From: Nageia nagi
Taxonomy: Eukaryota > Plantae > Pinophyta
Assembly: GCA_050084985.1 (NCBI GenBank)
Contig: JBITNC010000001.1
Span: 121,148,001-121,212,000 of the forward strand
DNA length: 64,000 nt
Reading direction: 5' to 3'
Shown: positions 24,982 to 39,304 of the stretch, piece after piece
How positions within the stretch are numbered: the first letter of the stretch is position 1
Layout: every line of letters begins with the position of its first letter
Translations under genes and position numbers: made by a program
The notes under the pieces: generated by a model
The model's database searches: none
What the model saw: the letters and a program-made list of their open reading frames with translations, nothing else
What the model was told of the DNA's origin: nothing

Positions 24982-27900
24982 TTATTTAACGATACTCGAG
25001 GAGGAAGAGGCTTCCCCGGATGTATTAAGATCTGCTATCCTTATCTGCTGCGTGAATTGCTCCAATACTGGTACAGTATACGGGCGAAGGTGATGTCCAT
25101 TAACCAGGAGAATCCTCCGAGAGTCGTCAATCGGTTGCAACTGGATTGAACCATTAGGGAATATTTGAAGAATCTTATATGGCCCCAACCATTGTGTCTG
25201 GAGCTTCCCTATGAAATCATTATAGCGGGAATCAAATAATAAAGCCCATTCTCCTACCCGAAATTGGTTCTATTTCAGATTTTTGTCATGCCAGCTCATT
25301 TAGCTGTAGTAGTCTATTTTTCAGTATTTCTATAATGTCCATCCCAGCCTCTAGGGTTGTTCTCAGTGTCTAGAGCTCAAATTGTATTGGCAATAAAGGC
25401 TTCTTACAAAATACTAACTCATATGGAGTAAACCCAATGGTGGATTTCCACATAGTATTGTATGCCCAGATTGCTGCAGGAAGCCTGGATACCCAATCCC
25501 TTCTATGTGAAGCTACTGTCTTGGTCAATATATTTTCCAGTTCTCTGTTAGTAACTTCAACTTGTCCATTCGTCTGTGGATGATAAGGCGAAGCCTTCTT
25601 ATGTCGGATTTGGTACTGGTTCACAAAATGTTGAATTGTTTTTGACATGAACTGTGGACCTTGATTAGAAACCAGAAACCGAAGAGCTCCAAATCTTTGC
25701 ATAATGTTATTATACAGAAAATCTACCACATATTCTTTCTTGGCATGTGCCAAGGCTACTACTTCTACCCACTTAGTGGCATAATCAGTACAGACTAGTA
25801 TGTGTTTCTTACCTTGAGATGGAGGATTAATCGGCCCGACAAAGTCGATACTCCATTGTTCAAATGGTTCAAGCATCCATTGCGGTTGTAATGGCATTTG
25901 AGTAGTAGCAGTAGGCCTACCCATTCGTTGACACTTATCACATTGCCTCACATATTTTCTAATGTCTTTGTGCATAGAAGGCCAAAAATAACCAGCTCCT
26001 AGGACTTTATGGATGGTTCGTTTATCAGAATAATGACCTCCTGAAGGCTCATCATGGCATGCATGGATGATATCAAATACCTCGTTTGTCTGAAGACACC
26101 TTCGGAGTGCATGATCAGGTCCATATTTAAACAACAACCCATCCAACCACTTATATGATGCACTTTGTCTAATCAATTGTTTCCTCTGATTTGGAGACAA
26201 ATGTGGAGGAAGTTTCCCAGTGGCTAAATAATTGGCAATATTTGCAAACCAGGGAGACTGTGCAGATATTGCAAAAAGTAAATTCATCTGGAAAGGTATC
26301 TTCCACCATCTCATCTTCCCGGACAATATTCAATCTGGATAAGAAATCTGCGACCTCATTTGCCTTTCCAGGCTTATCAATGATAGTCACATTAAACTCC
26401 TGTAATAGTAGCAACCATCTCACAACTCTTCCACTTACCACAGGTTTGTTCATGATGGCAGCATGGTCAGTATGAACAAATACTTGGTATCTTGTGATAT
26501 GGAGTCTAAATTTATTGATGGCATACGTTACTGCTAGGAATTCTTTCTCTGCAGTAGTATAATTTCTTTCAGCTCCCACCAAATTTTTACTTATGTAATA
26601 AATAGCATATGGGGACTTACTTGGTTCTTCTTGTCTTAGGATTGCTCCAATAGTATAATTTGAGGCATCCATATGAATGTAGAATGGTAGTTCCCAATTG
26701 GGACCTCTCAACACATGAGTTGTGGTGAGTTTTTCCTTCATAATCTGAAAAGCTTCTTCACAATCAGCTGTCCATTCAAATTCATTGTCCTTATGCAGCA
26801 GGGCAAATAATGGGGTTGCTGTTTAACTAATTTTTTTTTTAAATCTTCTGTAGTATCCGTCATGTCCCAAGAAGTTCCGGACATTTGCTTGAGTCTCAAG
26901 TTGAGGGAGTTGCTTGATGACTTCTATTTTCTTGGGATCCACCTTAATCCCTTGGGCTGAAATATGATGGCCCAAAACTATTCCCTCCTGTACAAGCATG
27001 AAGCATTTTTCATGGCTTAAGGATAGATTATGCACTTTACATCTCACCAAAACTTTTTCTAAGTTCCTCAATGCATCTCCAAAAGTGTTGCCATACACCG
27101 TGAAGTCATCCATGTACACTTCAACGCAATCATTAGTCAAATATGAAAAGATTGCTAGTACAACTCTTTGGAAAGTTGTTGGTGCATTGCACAAGTCAAA
27201 TGGAAGAACTTTATAAGCATATGTACCCCATGCACAAGTAAATGTGGTCTTGCCTTGATTTTCCTCTGCAATTTGTATTTGGTTATAGCCACTAAATCCA
27301 TCTAGGAAGGAGAAATATTGCTTACCAGACAAAATGTCTAACACTTGGTCAATGAAAGGTAATGGGAAGTGGTTCTTGAATGTAGCTTTATTGAGAGCTT
27401 TGTAGTCAACACAAACCCTCCATTTGCCGTTTTTCTTTGACACAATAACCAATGGTGAGACCCATTGACTATCTGAGATAGGATAGATGAATTTAGCTTT
27501 CAATAGCCTTTCAATTTCAGTCTTAACAACTTCTTTAAGTGTAGGATTTACCCATCTGGGAGGCTGCTGGACTGGTCTGGTTTCATCCGTATATATACGA
27601 TGGGTACAAATCTCCGGATGAATACCTTTCATGTCTGAATATTCCCAGGTGAAAGCCTCAGTATGGGCTCTCAAGACATCAAAAAGCTTCTTCTCTTGTT
27701 CATCTGTCAACCAACTGCTGATATTAAGAGTCTTTCCTGGTAATACTTCAACAGTCTTGATCCCAGGTTTGGTCAGATTACTTTGTTCTGGAAGTTGAAC
27801 TAGGGAATTCAAAAGACAAGAGTGTGGAAATAAAAAATGGAATACTCTTGTTCTTTCCCTGAAAGTATCCCCTTTTGGAACAATGTGAGTAAGGGGGCAT

Positions 27901-30900
27901 TTGAGCATTGCCAAAAATGTTGCCTGCTCTTCTGATGGAACATTGAAAATAATGCTTTGTAGTGGGTTAACCACTGTATTTCCCTTCTCTTCATCACTGC
28001 CCTCTGATTCTTCTTTGTGTGGCTCCGAACAGTGGTACTATATTTGTTCCAGATTAGGATCTTCTTCTATCTCTTCAACATGGTCCTTGATGGTAATGGT
28101 TGCTAATGTTGCAAAAGTCTCATGTGCATCTGTGTTAGACTCATCAACCCATATCTGGTTGTGATATTCCAACGTTGGTTGGGCAGGTGGGTACAAAGAA
28201 AGTGTCTTTGTGTTTAGGCCATTAGAAATGGTCATATCTCCAGACCTATAGTTGATGTATGCAACTGCAGTGGCTAACCAAGGTCTTCCCAATATGATTG
28301 GATATCTAGAAGGCTGTACTCTTGTCTTTAGAAGCAAAAAATCTACTAGATAGCTCCAGGAATCTACTGTTATTTGGACATCTTCCACGATTCCTTCTGG
28401 CTTGGCCACTATTCGGTTTGCCATCTGCAACATAGTTGAAGTGGGCTGTATATTTGACAGGAATAGTTTTTGAGACATCCAAAATCATGCCATTTATTGC
28501 TACTCCCAAGTCAACCAAAACATTGGGCTCTTTAGTATTCCTATGAAAATTGTAATAATAGGATTACCTGGATTGCCATACTAAGGAATTACCAAATTTC
28601 CAGCCAAAAGATCAGCTACTTTATCATCTACTTTAACAGTCTTTGGATAGACCTTTCTTTTTGCTCATTTTTGGATGCATAGTTCTTTAACCAACTTGTT
28701 TAGCTTAGGAACTTGTTTGATTGCTTGTAATATAGGTATCAAGATATTCAATTTCCTTATCTCTTGCAGCAGTTCTAATTCAATTTCTTGGGGTTTTTCA
28801 ATCAGCTTTTTTGGATACGGAGTAACTTCTGTCCGGAGCTCCTTGTTGTTTGCAGGTAGAATTGTTTCTGTTGGTGGCTCCTGACTGTCTTCCATGTGTT
28901 CTTTTGGAGATTCATCTGAGCTGTCCACCTCTACTTCTGTGATGATAGGAGGTACAGGATTTGGCAATTTTTTACCAGATCGAAGCTCAATTTCATTGCA
29001 TTGGATAGCATTTACTGATGCAGTGTCTCCTTGATCAATTTGATAGGCAGGTGCTGGAGCTTGCTTGTTATTATTTGGGTTAGGAACAGGTTGGGCTAGA
29101 AGAGCAGGTTGCTTTGGAGGTTGTTGCTGCTGATTCATTTGCTGTTGTTGATTAAATGGTGGTGGTAGCCAACCTTGCCTTCGCTGTCCTTGTACTGGAT
29201 GATTACTCCAGTTCTGCCGATTTTGTCCTCCATATTGCTGCCATTGTGGATTCCATTGTGAAGGATCCCATCCATAACCTTGCCAATCTTGAGTTACCAT
29301 CCATGGGGAATATGGTGGCATGCTCCACCAATTCTGATTCGTTGGTCTAGAAAAATAGGGATTTGGATTCCCTTGGAAATTACTATTTTCCCTAGGCCCC
29401 ATTGCTCCCATATAGTTCATGTTCATGTTTGGAGCTGCTACAGACATTTGTGCTATCCTTAGATAGTCACAATCATCTGTTGGATGGTCATTATTGCATA
29501 GGTTGCATATATGGTTAGTGTTCAGAGGACATTCATCTAGAACATGTTTCTTTCGGCACCTAGGACAGTACCTTGTTGAAAACTCATCTGTGGTCTGCTT
29601 TTTCGAATTTGTAATTTGAAGAGAATCCTGGATCTCCTTTAGTTTATTTGCTGTTTCCTTCAGTTGACTTAATTCAAACAGAACATCAGTCCCGAAGTTT
29701 GCAAATTCCTCTTTAATTTCACTTGCCAATCCAGTCTCTACCCGACTATCATTCTGAAACCTGTCACTTCTCTTATGTGTTCTGGTCCTTGAATAGTTTC
29801 TGTAGAGTTCCACAATTTCATCAAGAGCTGACTTATTGACATTACCCTTTCCCATCATATTTAGGACTTCCAATGTGGAATCCAGAAGCCCTCTTAGAAA
29901 GATGGTTTTGGAGAATTCGGGATCCATGGTCGTGCCAACTCTTTTTTGAACAAATAAGAATCTGTCAAGGTAATCTTCAAGGCTTTCTGATGCTGCTTGA
30001 TTGAGTCAAAACAGTTCATCTTTCCTATCTTTGACTCGACAGTATTCCTGGTATTTTTCCAGAAAAGCTTTCTCCATTTCATCCCAAGTGGAGATGGAAT
30101 CTGGAGGAAGTCCCATGAACCACCTCATTGCATTGTCTTTTAGAGTGGATGGAAAAAGTTTTAATTTTTGTTCATCCATCTCATAGTCATATGTTCTGCA
30201 CAGTATCTTGAATTCAAATAGAAACTGATCTAGATCCTCACTAGAAAGACCTCGAAAGGTAGGTAAGACTGACGGTGAAATGTTCTTCATAGGAGCCTGA
30301 GTCCCTGCGGCGAGCCTTATGGGATAAGTGAATGTTTGAGTAGAGGGATTAGTACCTCCCACTCCAGAACCACCACTTCCTCTAGACATATTGACAAGTG
30401 GATTAGTATATATCTTCTTTATTTGCTCAAACTCTAGTAATCTCACCTTGCTGTAATAAATATGGAAGATTATCTTGGCTGTTTCTTTTTCTGCTTCAGA
30501 ATCACTTTCACTGGAAAGAGGATGAATATGAGTAACGGGTAATGGTAAAGATGCATTGGAGAAATGGATGGATGGATGAAAAGTAGCAATGACTGTATCC
30601 GGAGCAGGCTCAATTGTCTCTGTTTGGAGAGTTAAGTCTACAAACCGAATAGGAAATGGAGGGGATTTATCAGTAAATCTCCTATATTGCTTAGGTGGAT
30701 CTGAGAATCTCAGAAATGGTGGTGATGATGGACTAATGAAAGTTGTCTCTTCTGCAGCGACTGGGTGCTCAGATTTTGGAGTATGGTCTGCCTCCTCTTC
30801 CAAAATTGTTGGATCAATTTCTTCCAATTCTTCCACAAGTCTAGGCTTTGGCCTAGTTTCTTCTAGTTGCTCCACCTGATGTTCTTCGACAACTATACCA

Positions 30901-31055
30901 CTTCCCTTTTCTTCCACAACCTTTTCTGAACTCAACTTTTTAGTTTTGGGGGGTTTTAGTTGTGTTTTCTGGACTGATTTTCCTACAGCTACTTTCTTAC
31001 TACTGTCTCCTTTACTATTGACAAATCTTCCTTTATCATCTCTTGATCTATTCAT
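24982..31055 (-). pseudogene. Frameshifted gag-pol of the Athila-like element
   Basis: gag (KLKLFPSTLKDNAMRWF), protease (IILGRPWL), RT (CVDYKALN, YMDD), RNase H (DAS), integrase (CHD..GGH, CDKCQ, YHPQTNGQ, GPY) in gypsy order. Confidence 0.93.
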
Positions 31056-31241
31056 ACATTCTCAAGCAAATAAGGACACCAATCTATCACAACTTAGACA
31101 ACAGTTCACTGCAACTCATTCTGTGAATAATTGAGAAACCAGGATGGCACCCGATTTCAAACTGGCTTTGTCAAGTCCCCTATCCTTAAGAAGTACAGGG
31201 ATAGTTCAATTAACACCGTTCCCCGACAATGATGCCAAAAA

Positions 31242-32675
31242 TGATGAGTAAAATAATGGTATTCCAAATTCCACCAAGGCTGTCACTACCCTTCCCCTAG
31301 TGATCCTTTCACCTGTTATCGTGAAGGGACAAGTTAGCTCGTACAACTGCTACTCCACTCAAGGTAGATTTACTTTCCTCTCACTAGTCTTGGAAGACAA
31401 TATTTAACTCCATTTAGTTAATCAATCCGAGCGGTGTTCAAGGCTATATGCTAGTGAACTCTATTCTCTCAGTTGTATCTACTTCAAGTAACATTGTAGA
31501 AAGCAAATATGCAGAATGGAAAGTTGCAGAATTGAAAGTATAGGAATCTTAAATGCTGAAAGAAATATACACTTGAAATCATCACATTGAATGTAAACTC
31601 ACACTTGAATTAAAAGAACAATAAAATAAAAGAGTCTTCTACCATTTGGAGTGGGCCTTTGCTCCTCTTGGTGGAAGACTTAGAAGAACTCAAAACTAGA
31701 AACTCTTAACATATCACTCTATTATTGCATGCAATTTGTCTTGCACAGAATGTGCTTGACAAATCTAATACAAAGTTTTATTCTCAACAGTCTACACACA
31801 ATACTTCCTTAATCTTCTAACCCTCCCTACCGTCAACAATTGAGGTATAAATACCCTTAGTTGTTTAACAATAGGTTGGCCAAGAATAACAATAATCTGA
31901 ACAATATTCTGTTATAGAAAATAGAATCACTTATTCTACCAGCTAGCTAATGCTAAAATTAACATGCTAACAGTGCTCATGTCTTATCTAAGGAGAGCTG
32001 CAATCCCTTTAAAAAAGGGTGGCTCATCTCAATGAGCCAGCACTATCCTATTTACATCATAAGTAGTTTATTATGCCTAATTTGGAGTCAAACATACTCT
32101 ATAAAACAAGAATCATATCTGACTATATCTAATGTGTTGGAGCCATGCTCCTATAGACTATATTTGGAGTAGCTCACATCACGTAAATATCTGGATCATA
32201 CAAGGTTGGAATAGAGCTGGCAATATAGTCAATAATGACGGTCAATTTCTCAAATTTGGGTCTGGAGCGGGAGCTCCGGACGAGTCTGAAATAGAAGCTC
32301 CGAACGAGTGTGGAACAGAAGTTTTAGACAATATAACTCTGCTTTACCAAATGAGGCGTCCAATGTTTCCGGAGCGAAGCTCTAGAAAATGTATACAAGT
32401 GCAGAATCTATTCAGAATACTTCCTAACAATACTTGCAACTCATCCGAGTTATCAACCATCATTCCGTGGAGCAAAGAGAAGCATTTTGGTTCAAACAAA
32501 CACACAAAATAGAATCAGTATGCACAAAATACTAATATAAGGAAAGTATGCATTTAACCATATATGAAGCAACTAAATAGTCCAACAGTTACAATTAATC
32601 CGTCCCATAATGCCCAAATATACAAAATGAACCATCAAACTGTGCCAAAAACCAGGTAATTACTGAGACTCATCA
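31242..32675 (-). repeat. 5' LTR of the Athila-like element
   Basis: Direct repeat of 10925-12414; adjacent PBS TGGCATCATTGTCGGGGA on the - strand. Confidence 0.95.
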
Positions 32676-35600
32676 CCAAGTCAAGGCCTTGTGAGCTCAG
32701 CTGATTAGAGGGTTGGTCCTTGTGAGTCCATAGTCCCCACTTATCCGATTGTAAAGTGGGTTTTTTTACCCAAAGCTATGGCCCTCCTTATGCCTTGGCT
32801 TGGCTGGTACGTCTACGAACCAGGATTGATACCCAAACACCCGTTCTACCTCCTGTGTGTGATCTTGCATCTGCAAACATTAATCCCATGACTCCATTAG
32901 TCTGTCTTTGTTAAGAGAGAAAAAAAAATAGGATACAAAAAATTTCTAAAACTTAATACTCCCTCCTTTTTAGTCATTTTTCTTCTATTATCATATGTAT
33001 GGTTATTTTGGTGAACTTTGTATTTCATGGATGGTGTCGTTTAGAAAATATATAAAAACAAATTTCCCCAAAATTTGTTAAATTACAATTTTTTTGTTTG
33101 TCCAGCATTTCCAAATATTTTCCTGAGTCCGAGTCTAAGACAAAACTATGTCTGTTGAGTCTGAGTCTGAACACCATGCTAATACACCCTAACATATAAA
33201 GATAGAATAATACATTAACTTTGAATTTTGAACAGCATAAGTCCTCTTTTTATTAACTTTCTTTCCATTGTTATTGGAGGATTTGTTTTATAGATGATTT
33301 TGTGTTGTATGTTTACTCAAATAGACAGTAAATGCATCTCAAACTATGGATGTGGAACAAGGAAATTGGGCAAGTTTTGAGAAACATACCTTATAATGTT
33401 GGCATGTTCATACATATGTCTACTGATGGCATTAACCAAACACCAATTCTAAATAGAAGAGAATATGAGTACACAATGAAAATTTGTTGATATACTAGAT
33501 AATACAATAAAAGTATGATTAGAGAAGTGGATTAGTAAATGGCCATACTCATGGGTTTTGGAAAGTGAAGTTTGTAATCAAAATCATGTGGATGTTCACA
33601 TATGATAAAATTGTTCCTTTGAATGTTAAAACTTAAAATAACAGCAATAGTTGATGAATCCAAGAGGATTCAAATAAACAAATAATACTGTAAACAATGG
33701 AGTAATACTGTAAAACAATGGAAGAATTGAATAGGAACAATATTCTATTAATGTAAAACGAAATTACATAAGATGAAGTTCAATAATGAAGCTTCATACA
33801 CTCTTCAATGGTGAGAGTTGCAGAACTGAAAAAAACAATACCATACATTTGTGAAAAAAATAATACCATACATTTGTGAACCAAACTAGCTAATGTTACA
33901 AAGCATTCTAATCCCTAGTAACTGAAATCAACAACAAGCTACACTTGTCAAGTACATCAAGGCAAGCTGAGAAACTGAAAGAAACGTACAAAAACAAGTA
34001 AAAACGCCTTCAAAATTTGGAGTTACGAAGGCACTTTTCGTCTGAGCCTAACCGGTTGGTAGATTTGGGGCCGGTCGGGTAGCTATCGGTTGGAACTAGC
34101 CGGTTTGCAAGCTAGCGGTTTGGACCTGAAATGTGGAAGCTTAAAAAAGAACTCATTGCAAGTGCCAATTCTCCAACATTCTCCCCCTTGATGCGAAGAG
34201 GGCTCACCATGGAGTCTCTGAGCATCATATACTAAGCCTTGGCAACACCTTTCGTAAATATATCAACCAAATTGATTGTGGTATTACAATATTGGAGCAC
34301 AATTTGTCTCTTCTCCACCACGTCACATATGAAATTATACTTCAATCTAAAGTGCTTTGACCTGCTGTGGTGGATGGGATTGTGTGCCAACTGAATGGCA
34401 CTCTGGTTGTCACAATAAAGAATGGTTGGCCCATGTTTACCAATTTCTTCAAGCAACTTCCTCAACCACAATGCTTGAGTGTTGGCTGTTGTAAGAGCAA
34501 TATACTCCACTTCATGAGGAAAGTGCTACTGTAGATTGCTTCTTGGAGCTCCACGTAATCAGACCTGAACACCAAGTGAGAAACATTGCTCGGAAGTTGA
34601 TTTCCTATCATCAAGATTGCTGCCCCAATCACTATCACTGTAGCCTACAAGTGCCATCTTCTCCACATGAGAATAACGAAGACCAAAATTGATGGTGCCT
34701 CTCACATATCTAAAATTTCGCTTGACATCCTTCATGTGCAAAATGGAAGGATCATTGAGGTTGTTGCACATAAACCTCTTCATTCAAATAGCCATTTAAG
34801 AATGCATTTTTTACATCCATATGGTGTACATTCCAATGCTTTTGTGTGAACCCTTTGGCAACTAACGTTGTTTTGTGCCTCTCAATGAGTCAATTGTTCC
34901 ATCACTATTATATTTAGTTTTGTAAACCCATTTGGAGCCTACACATCTCTTTCCTTTGGGCAACTCACAAAGTTCCCAAGTATCATTTTTTTTTTCAATT
35001 GAGTGAAACTCTTCTTGCATGGCCTTCAACCACACATTTTTGATACAAGATTCCTCATAACTATATGGATCAAAACAAAAAAAAACAACTTTTTGGGTTG
35101 CACACAATGCATAATTAACCATCTCCCCCTTTGGTTCACTATTTATTTTCATATCACTAAATTGCTTGACAAATTGCTCCATTTCATGAAATTGACTTCT
35201 AGAAAGCCTTTGATGAAAATTTGGATCTAGAACTTGAGAATGAGGATTGTTTTGGAAATGCTTCTTACCTTTTTTTGTCTTCATTACTTCTGCAATCACA
35301 TTGGGAGAACCTCCGCTTGAAGGAGAAGTTGGAGTGGACTTGGAGATGTTGGAGGGACTTGATGGAGGACTTGGAGGCACAACTTGAAGATTTGGAAGAA
35401 CTACATCTCTTTGGCTGATTAGTATTCAAATTTGAAATGTTTTCTTGGCTGGGCACTTATCCTCCAATATCCACCATACATTTTTGCTGCTGGCCATAGA
35501 CTTTCCCCTCCTCAAAAATGACATCCTTTGACACAATTATGTTTTTGGTTTTGGAATTGTAAAGCCTAGATGCTTTACTCTCTTCACTATAGCCAATGAA

Positions 35601-36068
35601 CACACATAGTTCACTCTTTGCATTCAATTTTTTTCTATTTTCTTTTGGCACACAAGCATATGCCAAGCAACCAAAAACTCTAAAATGACAGACACTTGGT
35701 TTCTTGTCATACCAAGCTTCAAAAAGGGTTTTTTCTTCTAGCTGGATCATCTATTCAAAACATAATTGGATGTTCTTATTGCTTCAGCCCAATACATGTT
35801 ATGCAACTTTTTGGTTTACAACAAACATCTTGACATCTCCATGAGATTTCTTTTTTTTTCTCTCAGTCACTCCATTTTGTTGAGGAGTATAGGATGTAGT
35901 AAACTGCCTCTTGTAAATTCATTAGAGACATACTCTCTCCTCTTATCACTTCTTACACATTTTATGGAGTTCTCACTCTCATTTTCAACAAGCTCTTTGA
36001 ATTCCTTAAAACACCCAAATGCCTCATCTTTATGTTTGAGAAAATAAACCCAACACACTCTACTAAAA

Positions 36069-37297
36069 TGTGACATCCTCCTTGTACTTCTGATGGGACC
36101 TATTGGGTCATCTTGTATTATATTCCTTTCATGTATTTGCATTCACTATGTTGTAACTCAGGATAGGAGTTTAATGGGTCATGTGGACCCCACTGTGAGC
36201 CCCAAGTGGGACGTCTCTCTCCTGAGTAGTAGAATAGACATATTTGGTATTGGAGATCCCGGATTGTGGGAATACCAAGGTGCATTGGTGTCCGAGAGTG
36301 ATGGACGGCCATCGGCATGCTTGCACCATCTTGGGGAGGACCCCACACCCCCACGTTGGCTTATAAGGCTTCTAGGAACCCCACATTGACACTTAAAGTG
36401 TCAGGGACCCCACGTTGGTATTATTGGGCAATTATAACAGCATGTTAAGTTATTGGCCCCCCCCAAATGCCCAACATTGGATTAGAAGGGCATGGGATGA
36501 CTCCTAGGTGGGTTCCGTCCACAAGAGGTTATAAATACACATTGGATCTTCACATTTGGATATACTTTAACATTACATTTACCTTACTTCAGTCCATTAG
36601 ATATACAGGCTTAGTAGTGCTGAGCATCTTTCCTAGACAGAGCATCTAGAGGGCGATTAGGCTTTGGGATCTTGATCGTCTATGGCTTAGGTGGAGCACC
36701 TAGCCCATCCGGTGGTATTCTGAGGGTTCATCTCTACTTTCAGTTGTTTACCAGAGCTTGAGAATGACTCCTTTGGTGGAGGGGATTTGAGTTTCTGAGG
36801 AGGTTGGCCTAACCCACGATTCGGTAGTTCAGTCCAGTTGTGAAGATATTTGTATTGTGCCCTAGTTGGCTCCTAGGAGGCCAACGACTGCCCCTTAGGG
36901 CTTGGTATTGTATTCACTATCATTGAATATCATTCGCATAGCCAAGAGGCACTTGGATCTCATGTATGTGTTGTAATGCTTCATCTTGTGCATTCGTTGG
37001 ATCTATATGGTTGTGTATGCTTGTATTTACCATGCGATTGCATTATGATGTGTTGCTGATCGGATTATGCATGTAAAGGCTAGATGTTAGGTATTAGACA
37101 TTGTATTCATTGGTATATGCTTGTATGTGCTTAACATTGGCATTTTGGGTATTTGAATGTTGAATGTGAATGCCCTAACCCTAACATTGCATGCTTGAGG
37201 TGTTGATTGTATGTGTTTGATGCCCTAAACCTGACGTTAGGGCTTGATGATCCTGTATTGCTAGTTTGTGGCCGAATTTGATTTTTGGATCATCACA
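36069..37297 (+). mobile_element. Solo LTR in the copia B integrase
   Basis: TGTGACATCC...GGATCATCACA; perfect TSD TAAAA. Confidence 0.92.
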
Positions 37298-38649
37298 TAA
37301 AATTATCAATAAAAGTGAGGAAATAATAATTCATACCAAAACTTTTTGATTGCATTGGTCCACATAAATTAGTATGAACCAATTGTAGTTGGAATGAGGC
37401 CCTCCATGCTTTCCCATGATCAAATTTCTATCTTGTTTGCTTGCCCAAAACACAAGCTTCACAAACAGATTTGGGGTCTTCAACTAGAGGCAAACCATGA
37501 ACAAGATCATGTGATAGCTTCAAGCTATTGAAATTCAATTGGCTAAATCTTAAGATGCCACAACCAAGACATGTGATTCACAGCCACATTTGCAAGAAGA
37601 TTGCCCCCTTTGTCTCCAAGCTTCAATGGAAATAGCCTATTGGCTATCATATGCATAGTAGTAACATGCTTGTTCCCATTATTCTTGTGAAAAATTTCAC
37701 ATTTTCTATCCTAAAAAATTATCTTGTAGTTGTTCTCCATAATTTGCTCAACACTAAGCAAGCTATGAACCATATCCGGTGTGTGATAAACATCTGTCAT
37801 CTTCTTCATTCCTTGCTTGGTAGGCACTTCAACAATGCCTTTACAAACCACCTCTATGGCATTATTATTGTCAAGCTTAATGCTTGACTTGTAGGAATGA
37901 TTTATAGAGGAGAGAAGCTCCCCCTTTCCAGTCATATGGTTGGAGCAATCAGTGTCTAGCAATCAAGCCTTTTCACCTTTTGTTTCAGCTACGTTGGCTG
38001 TCTCCTTTATGGAAAGAAAGAGAGTTTCACCATACTCTTATTCCTTTCCATAATTTGCGGCTCTTCCCTCACCAGTTGTAACTTGTTTGGCTCTACACTC
38101 CCTCTCAAAGTGCCCATATTTGTTGCAGTAGTAACATTGTGCATTCCTCTTATCAACGCTACCTCTACCTCTTCCTCTTGAGTTTGAAGAACCTTCTCTT
38201 CCTTTTCCTCTACCTCTACCTCTTTGTTGGCTTCTTCCTCTTCCTCTTCCTTTTCCATTTGATCTTGATTCTCCTTCTTTTGCAGCAAAGACTTTCTCTC
38301 CTACATTACTGGAATGGATTCGTTCATCATCTAGTATCTCTTCATGAGACATAAGAGAGCTAATGATAGAATCAATCTCCATTTTAGAGAGATCCTTAGT
38401 CTCCTTTAACATCACAACAATGCGATTCCACTTTTTGGTGAGTGATCTCAAATTTTTTTTAATTACTAGTGGCTTTTCCATGTCTTCACCAAGAGTTGCC
38501 ATTTTTTTGACAATATCCTTCACTCTCACACAATAATCAACTTCCTTCTCAGTCTCTTTCATCTTGAGAGTTTTAAATTATGTTCTTAGAGTCTGCAACT
38601 TCATCTCTTTTACTTGGTCACTCCTTTGGAAGCCTTCCTTCAACATTGT

Positions 38650-39304
38650 TGTGATGTTCCTTTTATTTTTATTTCTTTATTTCTAGCAAACCCTCAATAT
38701 AAAAATGCATAAATAAATTGCAGCAATAAAATAACTCAGAAATTGCTCATAAAATAACACTAGTATGAGGAGAAATCAGCCAGTATCATATATTAAATAT
38801 TTCCAAACCAATACAAAGTTGGAATGGACAAATGGAATCCTCACGAAACTAAAAATGCAGATACAAACTTTCCAAACTGAGTGAATCCCTCCACAAAAAA
38901 AATGCCACGAACCACTCACAGATGCCTCTTTTTGTATTTTTGATATTTTAGGGCAATAACACCTTCAATGATAGTCCCCAACCATGCACCTCCAATGCAC
39001 TATGGGAATGAGCAAGACCTGCAATCTCAACTCATGGAAACTCTAGGGTTTCAATATTCAATTCTCATATCACATAACATGCTCCAAATGAGATGCTCAC
39101 TTCCTTTTATAGAATGAGGTTCTAATTTGGAGTTGACATCTCCTAACCCTAAAATCACTTAAAGTACCTTATTACAAAAAATAAAAATATAAAACATAAA
39201 TAAACACAACTTAAGTTATGTCTCCTAGTCACATGAACCCCTTTTCCACTTTTATAATTAAGTGTAGGAGACATTTACAAAATATTTATTTTTGGAACAT
39301 TACA
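38650..39304 (-). mobile_element. Solo LTR in the copia B gag
   Basis: TGTGATGTTCC...GGAACATTACA; perfect TSD ATTGT; TATA-like motif on the - strand at ~39101-39112. Confidence 0.9.

Larger units (their letters stand above)
10925..32675 (-). mobile_element. Full-length Athila-like Ty3/gypsy retrotransposon hosting the palindrome
   Basis: LTRs 10925-12414 and 31242-32675 (TGATGAG...CTCATCA); perfect TSD CCAAG; PPT 12415-12430; PBS resembling the tRNA-Asp type at ~31219-31237. Confidence 0.95.

Noticed and set aside
9537-33178. Possible old hAT element enclosing the solo LTR and Athila-like element (CATAGTGTC...GAACACCATG)
   Set aside because: TIR match is weak and the 8-bp flanks agree at only 4 positions
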